A DNA stretch of 63,119 nt, the filler included, from Dicyema japonicum (taxonomy: Eukaryota; Animalia; Dicyemida), in assembly GCA_011109175.1 (NCBI GenBank). It is 6 parts of 6 records of this genome, joined end to end, with 100 filler letters (N's around TTAATTAATTAA, not from the genome) between each part and the next. Parts side by side here need not be neighbours in the genome. Positions count along the whole stretch, not along the records: positions 1 to 12,456 come from RDEW01000146.1; 5 more parts are not named here. One strand, given 5' to 3'. The notes below the pieces were generated by a model. It was not told the DNA's origin and did no database searches. It saw nothing but the letters and a program-made list of their open reading frames with translations. The position numbers and the translations under genes are program-made. Positions 1 through 12,556 of this stretch are shown one piece after another. The stretch's first letter is position 1. The number at the start of each line of letters is the position of its first letter.

Positions 1-620
1 ACAGAGTCTCAATTTTTCTGGAAACATTTGTAAACATTATCATTGGATTGAATATTTGTGCTTCTAAATCAACAAATATTACGCTTGTAGTAAACCATTT
101 GAGAAAATTCTCAAATGGCACAAAACCATAGTCTTTGGTCTAATTCCTCATTTAAAAGGTTCACGAGTTAATTATTCGATCTTTTGTTTAACTGATATTT
201 TACTTGTAATATCCGTCATACAGTACATGTGTAAAATGTTCTTGTGAACATGAAGCAATTGTATCAAGAATATCTTCATAGACGGATTTACCTCCTGTAT
301 CGTAAAAATCGAAAATCAATATATCTTGAGTTGTGTCACTTATTATGTTTGATAAAGCATTGCAGATGGAAATATATATTTGTGGCCAATTATCCTCTAA
401 AGTCATAGTTCCTATTAAATTTACACAAAACATACCATAAATAGGTAATCAATCCACTATTCGAATTAATGAAATATTTAACGGATTCTTTGGTTTTTGC
501 CATTGGACAAGATTTGGGTAACTTAAAATATGTGAATCTGATTTGAAGGGCTACAGTCCATATGTGGAGCAATTCCAATCTCTGAAACTTGGGTTTGAGA
601 ATGTGCCATGTTGGGAAAAG
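1..620 (-). pseudogene. Degenerate multi-exon fragment, possibly cadherin-like
   Basis: Peptides YFINSNSGLIT, NYD(L)E and FYDTGG resemble cadherin repeat motifs. A 24-nt GT-AG intron lies at 412-435. Frameshifts and stops are present. Confidence 0.25.
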
Positions 621-739
621 GGATTGGTTTAAGACTTATTTTATAAATTAATTTGGATTATTTCCTATATTGATTGCATTAATAATAGATTATTCTGAAA
701 AGGACAGAAGGTACCTATTATCTCGGTATTATTATCCTC

Positions 740-2870
740 GATATTAGTTTCTTTTACTCTCTCCAATTCGATTCCAAACTCCACATACTGATGAGGTCTT
801 TACCATCCTTTAGTGCTTTGTCTACTGGTCTCAAATATCCATTAATGACTTCGGGAAGCATATACGTGTACACCTCGGAATTTTCCCAAGATGTTTCAAA
901 GAATTCTTCCATGATATTAATTGATCGCATATCACGTTCCGTTCTTAGAATATAACCAAACAGTTCCAGCGAAATTTTATGATCATGGTGCTCAGAGTTC
1001 TAAGGAGCATCTTTCGTACAATATTTCGATCAATACACACTTTAGCTACTTCGATCCAGAAAAGACAAAAGATGGTTCAAATGATAGGAGTCGATCTTTT
1101 ATCCGTCGGTTTTCTATAATCACCCATTTCCAAATTGTAGGTAAGGATCGTTTTAAACGACTGCCTCAGATAATCTGAGTCGAATTGATGGACAGACTGG
1201 ACGCTTTTGGATCCGTCCGTCCAAAAGCTATTGCATGATCATTATAGATAACAATTTCCATCTGGCAATGTTTTCAGAGTCTCCAAGAAGCGAGTAAGTT
1301 TTATGATCTTCCCACAGTTTTCGGTAGATTGTGTTTAATAGAAGGATCCTTATTTTTGGACCGAATCTAGATCCAGAAAATTTTTAAGCATGGGTTTTTC
1401 CAGACGTACAGTGTCTAATGCTGCGGTGAGATCAATTCCCATATTAACTCTCTTTGCTGAATTGAACAATGTCACCTATTAAGTACGATCAAGTAAAGGA
1501 TCTATTGCAGGGTGTTTAGAGGGATGACAGGAAAAAAGTCTTCAACGGGTCCGGTTCGTTTATTTCCTTTTTGGACTGGTGTTAATCTGAAACTCCTTGT
1601 TAGCTATCATATGATTTAGCAATCTTGAAGGTTTCTATGCAAATTCTGCTTAACAGTTCTGAGGATATAATTCTATAGTGACCTCATCCGGTAAGATGAT
1701 CTGTTCGAGTTTGGTTTCTTCTTGTATAAGTCAGATTTCTCTCTTTTCACAAAAAACAGTTGTTCATAGTGTGATGTGACGAGTTCTGTCTGTTAGGCAG
1801 CATTTCCAATTGTTTTTTTCATTTCTGTCTTGCAAAAGAAGCTTTTCTAAAAGAAACTTGATTAGTTGATTCTTTTTATTAGTCGAATACCCATAATTTT
1901 TCAGCTCTGTAAAAGAGTTCGACCTCTTTAATTTTGTTTTTCATGTTTGGTGGTGATGTTGCTTGTTTAAGAGTTTGATTTTCTATCGATTCGCTTCGTT
2001 CTTGTTTCAGTTTGGAAGAAGTTTGCGGATCCACATTATTTTCGGACCTAATATTTAAATCATTCTGTAGATTCAATAGGGTTGGCAGGTTTGGGTGACG
2101 CTGACTGCTGTAAAGTTTAAGTCTCCTAAGGTATTTGTCAGCTGCGGAAAGGATCCCTGTCACAGTTTCGAACCAAACCTTTCCCGGTAGAAGATCCGTT
2201 CCTATACTTCTGATTGACTCTGATACATACTCTAGATATTCTGTTTTCATTCTTGCTGACAAACCCAAGAGTTCATATACATTCTTGGTGATTTCTTGAA
2301 ATGTCAACTACAATATGTTTGGATGTAACATCTCCTTAGATTCCGCGTGGATAATCTCATAGCCATGTTCAACAGTTAGACCAGATTTTTTATTGATTTT
2401 TGCAGAAACATTTCTCACTACACTGTTAACAGTGAGTCCACCATTAGACCTCGAGTAGCGGCAGAGATTTGTCATTTATTAGACGAACAATATAATTGAT
2501 ATAAATCTAATCGTATTTCCATCAAAAGTCGGGAGCCTTCCCACATTGTTTATGAAGTCCAGAATGTTAAAATTAGGTTTGGACAGGAACAAGTCAAAAA
2601 CATCTAAGAAATATGCTAGAGCAGTGCCAGGATAGTTCTTGAGCACCCTTCCGTGTAATTCATATTCTTTTTGTACACAAACTTTCGCATTCCAATCGCC
2701 AGCAATAAAGAGGGATGAGGAAGACTTCAGGTGAGATACAATTTTGGCAAGTTTTTCGTAGAAAACGTCCAATTCCTTAGAAACACGGCCACTATGTATG
2801 CGAACACATTCACAAAAGTAATTAGCTGTCTAGATTTCCCTCAGCGTGCAATATGGATGAGGATTGAAAC
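740..2870 (-). mobile_element. Degenerate RTE-clade LINE
   Basis: APE endonuclease motif FIAGDWNAKV (ORF 2479-2772). The C-terminal GYILR..MEEFF..LPEVIN segment is homologous to the RTE at 53779-54963. Confidence 0.75.
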
Positions 2871-2899
2871 AAACTTAAAGTATGTTGAATTATAATAAA

Positions 2900-4720
2900 A
2901 GCTAACTATGCCCTATAATCCATATTTTAATGTGACGTGTGATGTTCTCATTGTATATAAGCATTCAGGTGAGAATATATTTTTGAATAATTATAATTCT
3001 CCGGCTCTTCAATATGAATCGTATTTTATTGATGGAAATGTATCATATCAAAGTTATCATAGGGATTTCCAACTATGTGGTACCTCATGATGTTCAGGAT
3101 TGTGAGTAAATGCCCATTCCTGGGGTTGGTTAAAGTTTACAATTATAAATCAGCTAGATGAAGTTATATTTAATTTAATAACAGAAATCTCCATTGATTC
3201 TTTTCTTGGCAGTGACACAATTTCTGTCAGATGTATTTGTCACATTTAAGATGCTAGAACTTCATCTCACAATATAATCATGTCTGATGAGATTGGAGTA
3301 AAGAAGGATTCTCATGGAGATTAAATAGGTCGCTGTGCATATAATATGGATAAGTTTATTNTAACAGAAATCTCCATTGATTCTTTTCTTGGCAGTGACA
3401 CAATTTCTGTCAGATGTATTTGTCACATTTTAGATGCTAGAACTTCATTTCACAATATAATCATGTCTGATGAGATTGGAGTAAAGAAGGATTCTCATGG
3501 AGATTAAATAGGTCGCTGTGCATATAATGTGGATAAGTTTATTTTATTGTTATACTAGGTGAGTGAAAAGAAATGTTCATTTACCAATTCAGGCACTTAA
3601 AGGAGTATCCAACTAAATTAAATTATGAACCAGTTTTATATTGACCCTGAAGATAAGCGTTCGAGAGTTGTGAGGATCCTTAATCCGTTGCATCTTACTT
3701 TGGTGCTATGGCTACTTATTATCTTTATATTAATTTTATTAAAACTTACATATTCTCATTAATTATTCCACAGGCCTGATTAGGTTAGTATTACATTATA
3801 TCTAAAGCTCTAGGAAAGGAACAGCCACTCTCTGTGAGGTACTCTATTGACACACATATAATAATGCGTGATTATCAGTCATATGGAAGCTGATTGTGTT
3901 ACTGAGGATGGACAAATAATAGAGGGAGGGAAATATATTGGTTGCCCGTGGCGTATTAGAAAGTGGACTATTAGAGCTGATGTATCATATATATTTAGAA
4001 TTGTAGTGATTTTAATAATTTAAAGAGTGAATCTACCATCGAATGGTTAACCAATACGAGTTGCTCACTTCTACATCTCTTATTTTCTGAGAAATATAAT
4101 ATCGATTTTGATAAAGTGTCTGATGACTTCTTAAGTGAATTGGACAATTGAAATCATTCACATTTATTTGTACTTGATTGATATACTATGTGGATGTTGG
4201 GAATGTATGTCCAAATATTATATTGACTAATAAACTACAGGTCATACTTTAGTATATTTTAGCCATATGCCTTTCCAAGTGATAGTAAATGTGCCTCAAG
4301 TCATTTAATAACCTGGTTCAAATCGTCAAAGAGAGATGATTCGGAATTGAGAGGACAGAATAGTAAGGATTCATGTAAATTGTAGTGCTAAGTCAGGAGA
4401 ACTTAATTTTATTACAAACAATTGCAAAATGAGGAAATCTTTACAGAATATGGGAAAAGACTTCCATTTCACCAACTACCAAAGGATGAAGAACAAACAT
4501 TAAGAGTATTAATTTGAATTAAATTAGATTCTGTCGGTAAGCTTATCACAGAATTCACATTCTACTCGTAATAGAATAGATGGCAATTGTTTGTCGACGA
4601 GAGAATCTTTTTTAAATTAATACTGTACGGGATTTCAGAGATAGGAGGTGGATGTATAAGAGATTATTGAAGGTATGGAAAAATAAACTTTCGTATGCCA
4701 ATAAGAATGGAGAGAGTAGA
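2900..4720 (+). pseudogene. Degenerate multi-exon gene, possibly cadherin-like
   Basis: Scattered motifs (NNYNSP..Y, VSEK, FYIDP, VRYSID, SGEL) and several short GT-AG segments, with many stops. Confidence 0.25.
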
Positions 4721-4914
4721 TAAATTATTAAAAATAAATTATTAAAAATATCGGAATTTACATTTTAACTTATTTACGTAAAAATATTTTATCCGAAATT
4801 TAATCAATTTTAAATTTATAAAAATCAGTTTTGTTGTCAGATAACATAATTAATTGGATTCGCCTTTTCATTATTTATTTATTACTCAAGTATCACCAGG
4901 TTATAAGGAAGATA

Positions 4915-5275
4915 GTCCTCTACTAACTAGGTGATCCCTGACCGATAAAGAAGAGGACGAAGTGGACGACTGTCTTGTATTACCATTTTCATAAGCCGTT
5001 TTCTTTTAGCAAAATGTGTTTCCCTATCCTCTTATCGAACACACCAACCATNAGGAAGATACCAGGTTATAAGGAAGGTTATAAGGAAGATAGTCCTCTA
5101 CTAACTAAGTGAACCCAGACCGATAAAGAAGAGGACGAAGTGGATGAGAATCTTGTATTACCATTTTTATAAGCCGTTTTCTTTTAGCAAAATGTGTTTC
5201 CCTATCCTCTTATCGAACACACCAACCATAAAAAAAGAGTCTGTCTGAGCTTTGAAGTCAGGGCCCTCTATGACC
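4915..5275 (+). repeat. Dispersed repeat starting CTAACTA(A/G)GTGATCCC
   Basis: Homologous to 45325-45373 (+) and 61566-61605 (-). Locally duplicated across the single N at 5052. Confidence 0.65.
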
Positions 5276-5959
5276 TTTTTGTTTATTTTATATTAACAAT
5301 AAATAAATTTTATTAAAAAAATTAAAAAAAAGATTATTGAATTTATTCAAACTCAGAGGGAAAAAAGTTATTCAAATAAAAAATTATGATGATTGAAATA
5401 ATTCTCATTTAATTCTGATCAATTATCAAGATGGATATAACCGCTCGTTCTTCTTCAAAGACTTAAGATAGATCGAAAACTTGAATTTTTGAAATTAAGA
5501 NATAAAGCGATTAAGCAAGAAAAGGGTTATATCTTTATCGAAAACCTTTGAATCATCGATATTTGAGTTATTTGTAATTTTTATCACATATTTTAATCCT
5601 TTCTTTTATATTTTAAATTTTATTCTTAATTTGAATTACTTAATTCAACCTTATCAGTTTAATGTTATAAGATATAAATGTCTCAATAATATGCCATTAC
5701 CTAAATATTTTCGGATTTGCTACAAAGTAACCTTATATCTCGGTTCTTTTCCTTGGGGATTTAACATCTCTACTTTACTCCGGGATTTTACTTTTCTATT
5801 TTCCTTCGGATTTGCTACAAAGTAACCTTATATCTCGGTTCTTTTCCTTGGGGATTTAACATCTCTACTTTACTCCGGGATTTTACTTTTCTATTTTCCT
5901 TGGGGATTTAACTTATCTCTATTTTGTTTCTCTTGAGACAAAACTTAGTAATTGTTAAT

Positions 5960-6830
5960 GTTTTCAAGTGATAAATTTGTCTGTTCAACCCGGACAGTAT
6001 CAACGCCCCGGGTTCTTATGACATACGACATTAATTAATTTTTGCAACTCCTGTTAATTATCTACAATGGGAGTCAAAGATCCATACATTTGGAGACCAT
6101 CAGGAAAAGAGACCCTGCAGTTTTTTTCACAAGCCTACATCCTAGAACATCCATGCCATTCCCTATGCAAGCGGCAAAACAAACGGAAAATTATTATGAC
6201 AACCAGTGACTTGTCTCGAATATTATCATACATTCCTTCCATCCCCAATGACAGGAGTCGTCTGAAACAGATACAAGATTTTGTTTTTACGAGAAGGATC
6301 CGAATCTCGGAAACAATAAAATATTACAGCGACCCCCTCTTCCAATAGACCAATCAAAATCCTCTATTTCAAGAGACGTGCGAGAAAAATTTGTTGTACA
6401 AACAATTCAATGAACCATCTGTCAGCTATGTCTGTACGTCATGGACAATCAATCTGTCCTGGACGAACAAACAAAGAATCTGGGACATTCAGGCCTTAAC
6501 AGCCGCTACTATTTGTAATCTCAAGAAAATAGAAAAACTAATTCTCTAATCACTTGAAAACCTTATCGGACAACATGGAAAGGGATTTGCTAACCTGTGC
6601 AAGCATTGCAACTCTCAACAATACACAGCCACGACGTGTCTTATGAGAAGGGTATACATCACCGCTCTCCAATTCCTATTTTCGAAACCACCCCGCTTAC
6701 AGAGAAGTTGTGTTGGATCCCAGAAATCGCACGAGGAGAAAATGAAAATTATGATTAAGGCCTTCGAGATCACTCAACTAATTTAGTGATTAAATTAACT
6801 ACTTGTGCTCTTGGGTTAATAATAATAATC
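5960..6830 (+). mobile_element. 3' part of Jockey/I-group LINE, degenerate
   Basis: Similar to the minus-strand LINE at 26085-27320. Both end in TCTTGGGTTAATAATAATAAT. Confidence 0.7.
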
Positions 6831-6963
6831 CCAATCCTGAAGCAAGAAATGTCTAATTAGCTTATGATGGATGAAATCTCTTTCTTTTAATAAATTTTAT
6901 TGTAGAAATAAAATTTATTAAAATTTTAAATAAAAATTAATATCAGCGTTTTTCTACTTTGTG

Positions 6964-7196
6964 ATGTACGAATGTAACGTATTCACTAATGAAGATGATA
7001 TGTTTGAAGACTTTCCTCTTCAAGGTTTCTTATGTAACAGTATTTTAGAATGGAATTATTGCCAGGATGACTTCATTGCTAATGCATGGAGTTCAATTTG
7101 GATGAGAGTGAGTTCTACCAAAATTTAAAGTATACCACTTTATGTGAGTTTAGAAACGAAATTACAAAAATTTTGGTCAATAAGAATAATCAATAA
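6964..7196 (+). CDS. SEM1: SEM1/DSS1 proteasome lid subunit homologue, 3 exons, with an apparent 1-nt frameshift in exon 2
   Basis: MYECNVFTNEDDMFEDFPLQ|EW..AW(E)FNLDESEFYQNLK|NEITK matches DSS1 EEDDEFEEFPAEDW..WEDNWDD..QLRAELEK. Introns 7025-7048 (phase 1) and 7130-7153 (phase 2) are 24 nt each. Confidence 0.75.
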
Positions 7197-8039
7197 TTCT
7201 TAAATATTATCTTTTGTAAAAATATTTCAATTGTTTCATTTACTGTAAGTCCTCATTAACCCACAGTTTATCCACCCAATACTAACTCGTCAATTGCAAC
7301 AGACCGGTCATCGTTATTCCCCCACATGTTCTCCTCAGTCTATAATTTCTCCTATAGAGTAATCGGTCTTAATTTTTGAGCACTTCTGATAATCAACTTC
7401 CTTCTAGATCTCAATGCTTTATGAATTAATTCTTCTGAATTTTGCTAATGTCGTCTAACTAAAATCGCCGTGCTTGTTTGCTAACCGAGAGATGTGCCTG
7501 GGAATGCGGAGACCAGATAGATTGTTTTGGCCTACACCCTCTCTCGTGAAGGAAGAATGCAAGTAATCTCACATAGATCTGACCTTGAAATTAGTTGTAT
7601 GAATCACCGCATCAATCTGACACAAACCCAAAAGATGACGATGGCTTTCAAAGTTAAACCTGTGCAATCAAAAAAGAAAAAATTGGAGATAATAAAGAAA
7701 TTGAGAATCATGGTAATACACCTTAAATCATAAAGATCTATGCATTGATTGCTACTCTCGAAATAATTGAGTCAGAAAAACGTCTACCTCATAATAATAA
7801 AAACAAAGGAGTATAAGTTAACAAATTTTAAATATATGAACATTTTTATGTTAATAATACAACAAATGATTAGTACATTTTTGCAGTATGAATCATGACT
7901 ATAATGTGGGATCAATTACCCGCTGTAACCCGCTTAGACATGTACTTGTATCACCTTGGAAGCAACACTTATAATTACTCAATAACTTAAGAGATTCTAT
8001 GTATTCCTGTAATTTCCTAAGTGAAAAGTGAATTCAATG

Positions 8040-8790
8040 ACATATCGACAAATACATTTCCCCATTGTAAGTCAAGGAGCATGTCGGTTGATCATTTAGC
8101 AACTCGGTGCAGATCCATGCTCTGCCACGACTATGTGTGGAAACATAAAGAGGTAGTAAGGATTCTTCATCTTCTACTATGCAATAAGTATGGTATTCGT
8201 CACACCAGAAAGTTGCGGACTCATAATGTGCAATCTGTAGTAGAAAACACCAGGGTCCAAATTAAGGTAGACAGTGTTATCCGTACCTCAATGCTAGTCA
8301 AGCACTAAAACCGGAAATTGTGGTACACGATAAGGAGTCTGGCCATGTCCTTATCATAGAAGTTGGCATCACGTCTCGAGACCGTTTGCAGACTGTGGAG
8401 GTGGAGAAAAAAAGGAAGTATGACTTTCTAGCCAACGAGATGGGGCAGATGCTTGGTTGCAAGGTCCTCGTTATTCCTATAGTAATGACGTGGGAAGGAA
8501 TTGCAAGAAAGTACCACAAGGGTTATCTGAAGCAGTTAGGGGTAGATAGGAAGCTCCAGGCCTATCTACAGTCCACTGTGTTAAAGCGGACCCTAGAAAG
8601 CTTGACACTGGAGTATAGGAGGCAGAGCCCTGAGATGCCATATAGGCAGAAGGTTTAATTTGACAATGGGCTCTCGGAGTTGTTTCAGCAACCAGAATCG
8701 AACCTGCCTGAGGAGGCTGCCGAACAGGCAGGCGAGGAAGGTGGTTGATTAATAAATATGTTAACTTTTTTATTGTTTGTTAAATAAAGG
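8040..8790 (+). mobile_element. 3' end of R4/Dong-like non-LTR element (zinc knuckle plus restriction-like endonuclease)
   Basis: PHC..VDHLATRC, KH*KPEIVVHD..IIEVGIT..EKKRKYD. One in-frame stop near 8306. Confidence 0.85.
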
Positions 8791-10949
8791 GGATTTAAAA
8801 ATTAGTTTTTTTTAAATCTAATTATTTTGGTGATGTTATGACGTGCCTCGTTTCTTCTCTTTACAACAGTCAAGAAAAATGTATAGATAGAAGAAGATAC
8901 AAGATAATATACTTCCACTAAAGCTTCTTACGTTCAATGATAGTAGAATATCCAAGCCTCAGTCAAGAAATACTCTTGTGATGACCTAGAAAATATAACG
9001 TTTTTATTGCTGTATGCAAGAGACGAAAATCGATGAAAACTATGGAAAATATCGACTAATGTGCCTACCCAGTGACTAACACTATTGTCCAGGAATCGCC
9101 ATTCACAGAAAACTTCATCTGAATTCGTCGCATTTGGAGGATGAATGATAGTATCCGCTTAATACAGATCCATCTGCACAACCAATGTTCCCCTAAAAAT
9201 ACACTAACAATTATAAATGTATATACATCACACACAATGGGTTTGATTTTGAATTATTTCTGACATTGTCAACTCACTTTTATCCGTCTTTGATTCCTTT
9301 TAAATGTCCAGACTTGTTTTGGACAACCCATCGGACTGATATAAAATGTATTTTATATTTATTAGCCATCCATAGCTCACGTGAGCGTAAATTAATTCTA
9401 TCAACACCCGACGACAAAATCAGTTTTTTCCGGTCCAGATTCAGACTGATTTATAGAGTTATGTAAATTGGTTAATTTTAGTGTATTTACGGAATCCTCT
9501 ATTTTACCCATTGGTGGGATTTAAAGTAGAATATTTTATCAATTTAGCTAAAAAACATCGAGAACTCAGTTGTCCTTGTTTTTGGTATGCTTTTTCAACT
9601 TTTGAGCTATTTGCTGACGTTATCACAATCATTAATGCATTTAGAGGATTTGACCACCAAAATTCAAATTAATATGAAACTAACGGTTTGATACAAAAAT
9701 AAAATTTAGAAATTCCAGGAAGGCTTTTTTGCGACGGCTGATTCGTTCTGGCTTCTGCAGGGACAAGGTGCTCTTTGCTAGTGAAATTGGGTATCTTCCT
9801 CATGAAAACAAGTTCATCTCCAGATAACAATTGAAATCTACCGTTGGGAGGTACTTAACGTTAATGGATGTGATGAATTAGAAGTACTAGGTTCGGTAGC
9901 ATTCGACCCACGTGGAGGATGGGGTGGTGGTTTTCTTATCTGACTTTCACTTGGACGATACAAGAGTAAGAAAGCAGGGGAAACAGCTTAGATGTGTTCT
10001 ACCTTGGACAGACTATTTTCTGGATATTCGAATCATCCGCCAGTTCTTTTTGTTTTGTGTGGTAATTTCATGGAAATGTACCATTATAACGTGGATTTTG
10101 AAAAACTTAAAGTGAGACATGTATGGGTTATTTTGAGAACATTTTGACGAGTTTGGTTCTCTACTATTAAAACACAAAAGGATTTTCGGAACCTTAACTT
10201 TCTTGGTTGTCCCCTGTCCATCTGATTCCATTTTTGGAGACATTCTTCTAATGTTTGCTGTATTATTATTCTGATTCCTGAAGAAATAGCTGAAGGTTTG
10301 AGATCTGTGAGTCTTTCCGTGATATTATTCTCCCTGAATCCTTGACGAATTCGACTGTTCTATTATTTAATTGTGGTTTTACGTTCCAATGTGGTCCGCA
10401 AAATGTCACGGGCTTCAGTTTCCTTACGGAATAGAGGATCCTTGATCGCGAATATACATTCTGTCGAAATTTTATGTGGTGACGATAATACTCGCACAAT
10501 ACCACGTGAGACCTATTACCCCATACATTTCTCTCATTTATTGGGATTTGATAACTCTTGTATTTTTATCTTCATCCTGATCTATTGGTGTTAGCAGATG
10601 GGCATGCAATGATTTTTGTGTCAATGCTGGTGAAGATGGCACAATTGTTATGAATCCTGTAGTTTTGATGGATCACTTTGTAGGGCTCTTATTGTAGCAT
10701 TGTATTCTCGTTTAAAGTTTTTGACTGTGCTAATTGGAGTATTGAAAATAGTCAAAATGTTTAATTTTCTTTTTTGCAGAAAAAAATTGTAGGCATTTTT
10801 ATGCTTAAAATATTGAATTCTTTGTTTTTTAATTGAAATATTTTATAAAATTAAAAACATTTATTTCGAACAAAAAACTAAAACTAAACATAAATGGATC
10901 TTGTCGACATAATCAACGGAGATCAATTGGAGAAGCCACTGAGTCTCAC

Positions 10950-11650
10950 GTGCTTAGAAAAATTTTTTAGACACTAAGTGAAATACGATTTAGATTGCTG
11001 ATTTTGAAAAATAGTGATTATTCAATAATCTTTAGCTAATCACTTAGTATTTTTAATCTACCTGATCGAAAAATTTCATTTCGTTGTGACTTCATCAAAC
11101 CCTACTAGGCATTAGCTGCATTACTTGTCTCATGAGACGACATCCAAAAATGATATATCTCCTTCCTACTTTACCAGAGGGGTTTTAACAATNTTTAATC
11201 TACCTGATCGAAAAATTTCATTTCGTTGTGACTTCATCAAATCCTACTAGGCATTAGCTGCATTACTTGTCTCATTAGACGACATCCAAAAATAATCTAT
11301 CTCCTTCTTACTTAACTAGAGGGTTTCCGACAATGGTAGATATTATAGGACTTGATTCCTGGAAAGGATAGGTCTCAGTCGGACAGTGGGTAATGGCTTG
11401 TTAAGTTTGACCACAGAGACATAATGATGGCAGATGATGCAATTGCAATATTCTGTACGTATGAAAAACTCTCGTACTAAATCATCATACAAAATTTTTT
11501 TAACGAAGAGTGAGTCATTTGGGATTCCAACAATTTTTTGGGCTTATCATGATGGAATTGATTGAAATAATTGGACTTCTACAAAATCCAAAGGAAAAAT
11601 TTTGGAAAAAACGTATCAGAATATTGATCTCTCACAATTGAGGACTCACT
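10950..11650 (-). mobile_element. Highly degenerate Gypsy-type integrase-like remnant
   Basis: H..H..CIIC..KPLP..YPFQ pattern read across frameshifts. Confidence 0.3.
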
Positions 11651-12456
11651 CTCAAATAAAATCTTAATGCAACGATCAACGTTTACATTTAGTCAAATGC
11701 CTTTCATAGACCTTGGGAATTTAATAAATTTTTATTTATTAAAAAAACAAATAGTTAAAATTATTGATACAAATTACAGTAAAAATGTAAATTGCCAAAA
11801 ATTAGACATTTTGAGCACAATTTCGTATGTTTAAAGAAAGTTTAATATAATAGCTTAATCCACGAATTAGGGGAGACTTCATCATATATTTATTATATTT
11901 TCTCTACAAGCACACCATGAATATCGTTAATCCCCGAATCAAGAAGATTAACGTTTTCGGCAAGGTCTTATTTATCTTTTCAAGAAAATCANTTTTATTT
12001 ATTAAAAAAAACAAATAGTTAAAATTATTGATACAAATTACAGTAAAAATGTAAATTGCCAAAAATTAGACATTTTGAGCACAATTTCGTAGGTTTAAAG
12101 AAAGTTTAATATAATGGCTTAATCCACAATTAGGGGAGACTTCATCATATTTTTATTATATTTTCTCTACAAGCACACCATGAATATCGTTAATCCCCGA
12201 ATCAAGAAGATTAACGTTTTCGGCAAGGACTTAGTTATCTTTTCTAGAAAATTAAAAATTTAAAAATATTCAATTAATAGCTAAAATAAACAGATACTTT
12301 AACCTTCGCACTGAACTCCGTTACCTCAGATGAAGTCTTGTCACAACATAATTCGTCTCATCTTTCCAGATGACCTGAAATTGTCTTAACCTGAACTTGA
12401 AAATTTCATTTTTTGAATTTTCAGTATAATATTTGATTTTGCCGATCTCTTTGATC

Positions 12457-12556
12457 NNNNNNNNNNNNNNNNNNNNNNNNNNNNNNNNNNNNNNNNNNNN
12501 TTAATTAATTAANNNNNNNNNNNNNNNNNNNNNNNNNNNNNNNNNNNNNNNNNNNN
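12457..12556. other. Artificial 100-bp assembly spacer (N44-TTAATTAATTAA-N44)
   Basis: Identical construct at 42100-42199, 45374-45473, 58452-58551 and 61466-61565. The 12-mer gives stops in all six frames. Confidence 0.95.

Noticed and set aside
1-480. Calpain catalytic domain (IVD*LP, DTGG, PFENFLKWF)
   Set aside because: No catalytic Cys/His/Asn motifs. A cadherin-like reading fits at least as well.
12501-12512. TTAATTAATTAA islands as biological motifs (e.g. piggyBac or elimination sites)
   Set aside because: Always centred in exactly 44+44 Ns, so they are an assembly linker.
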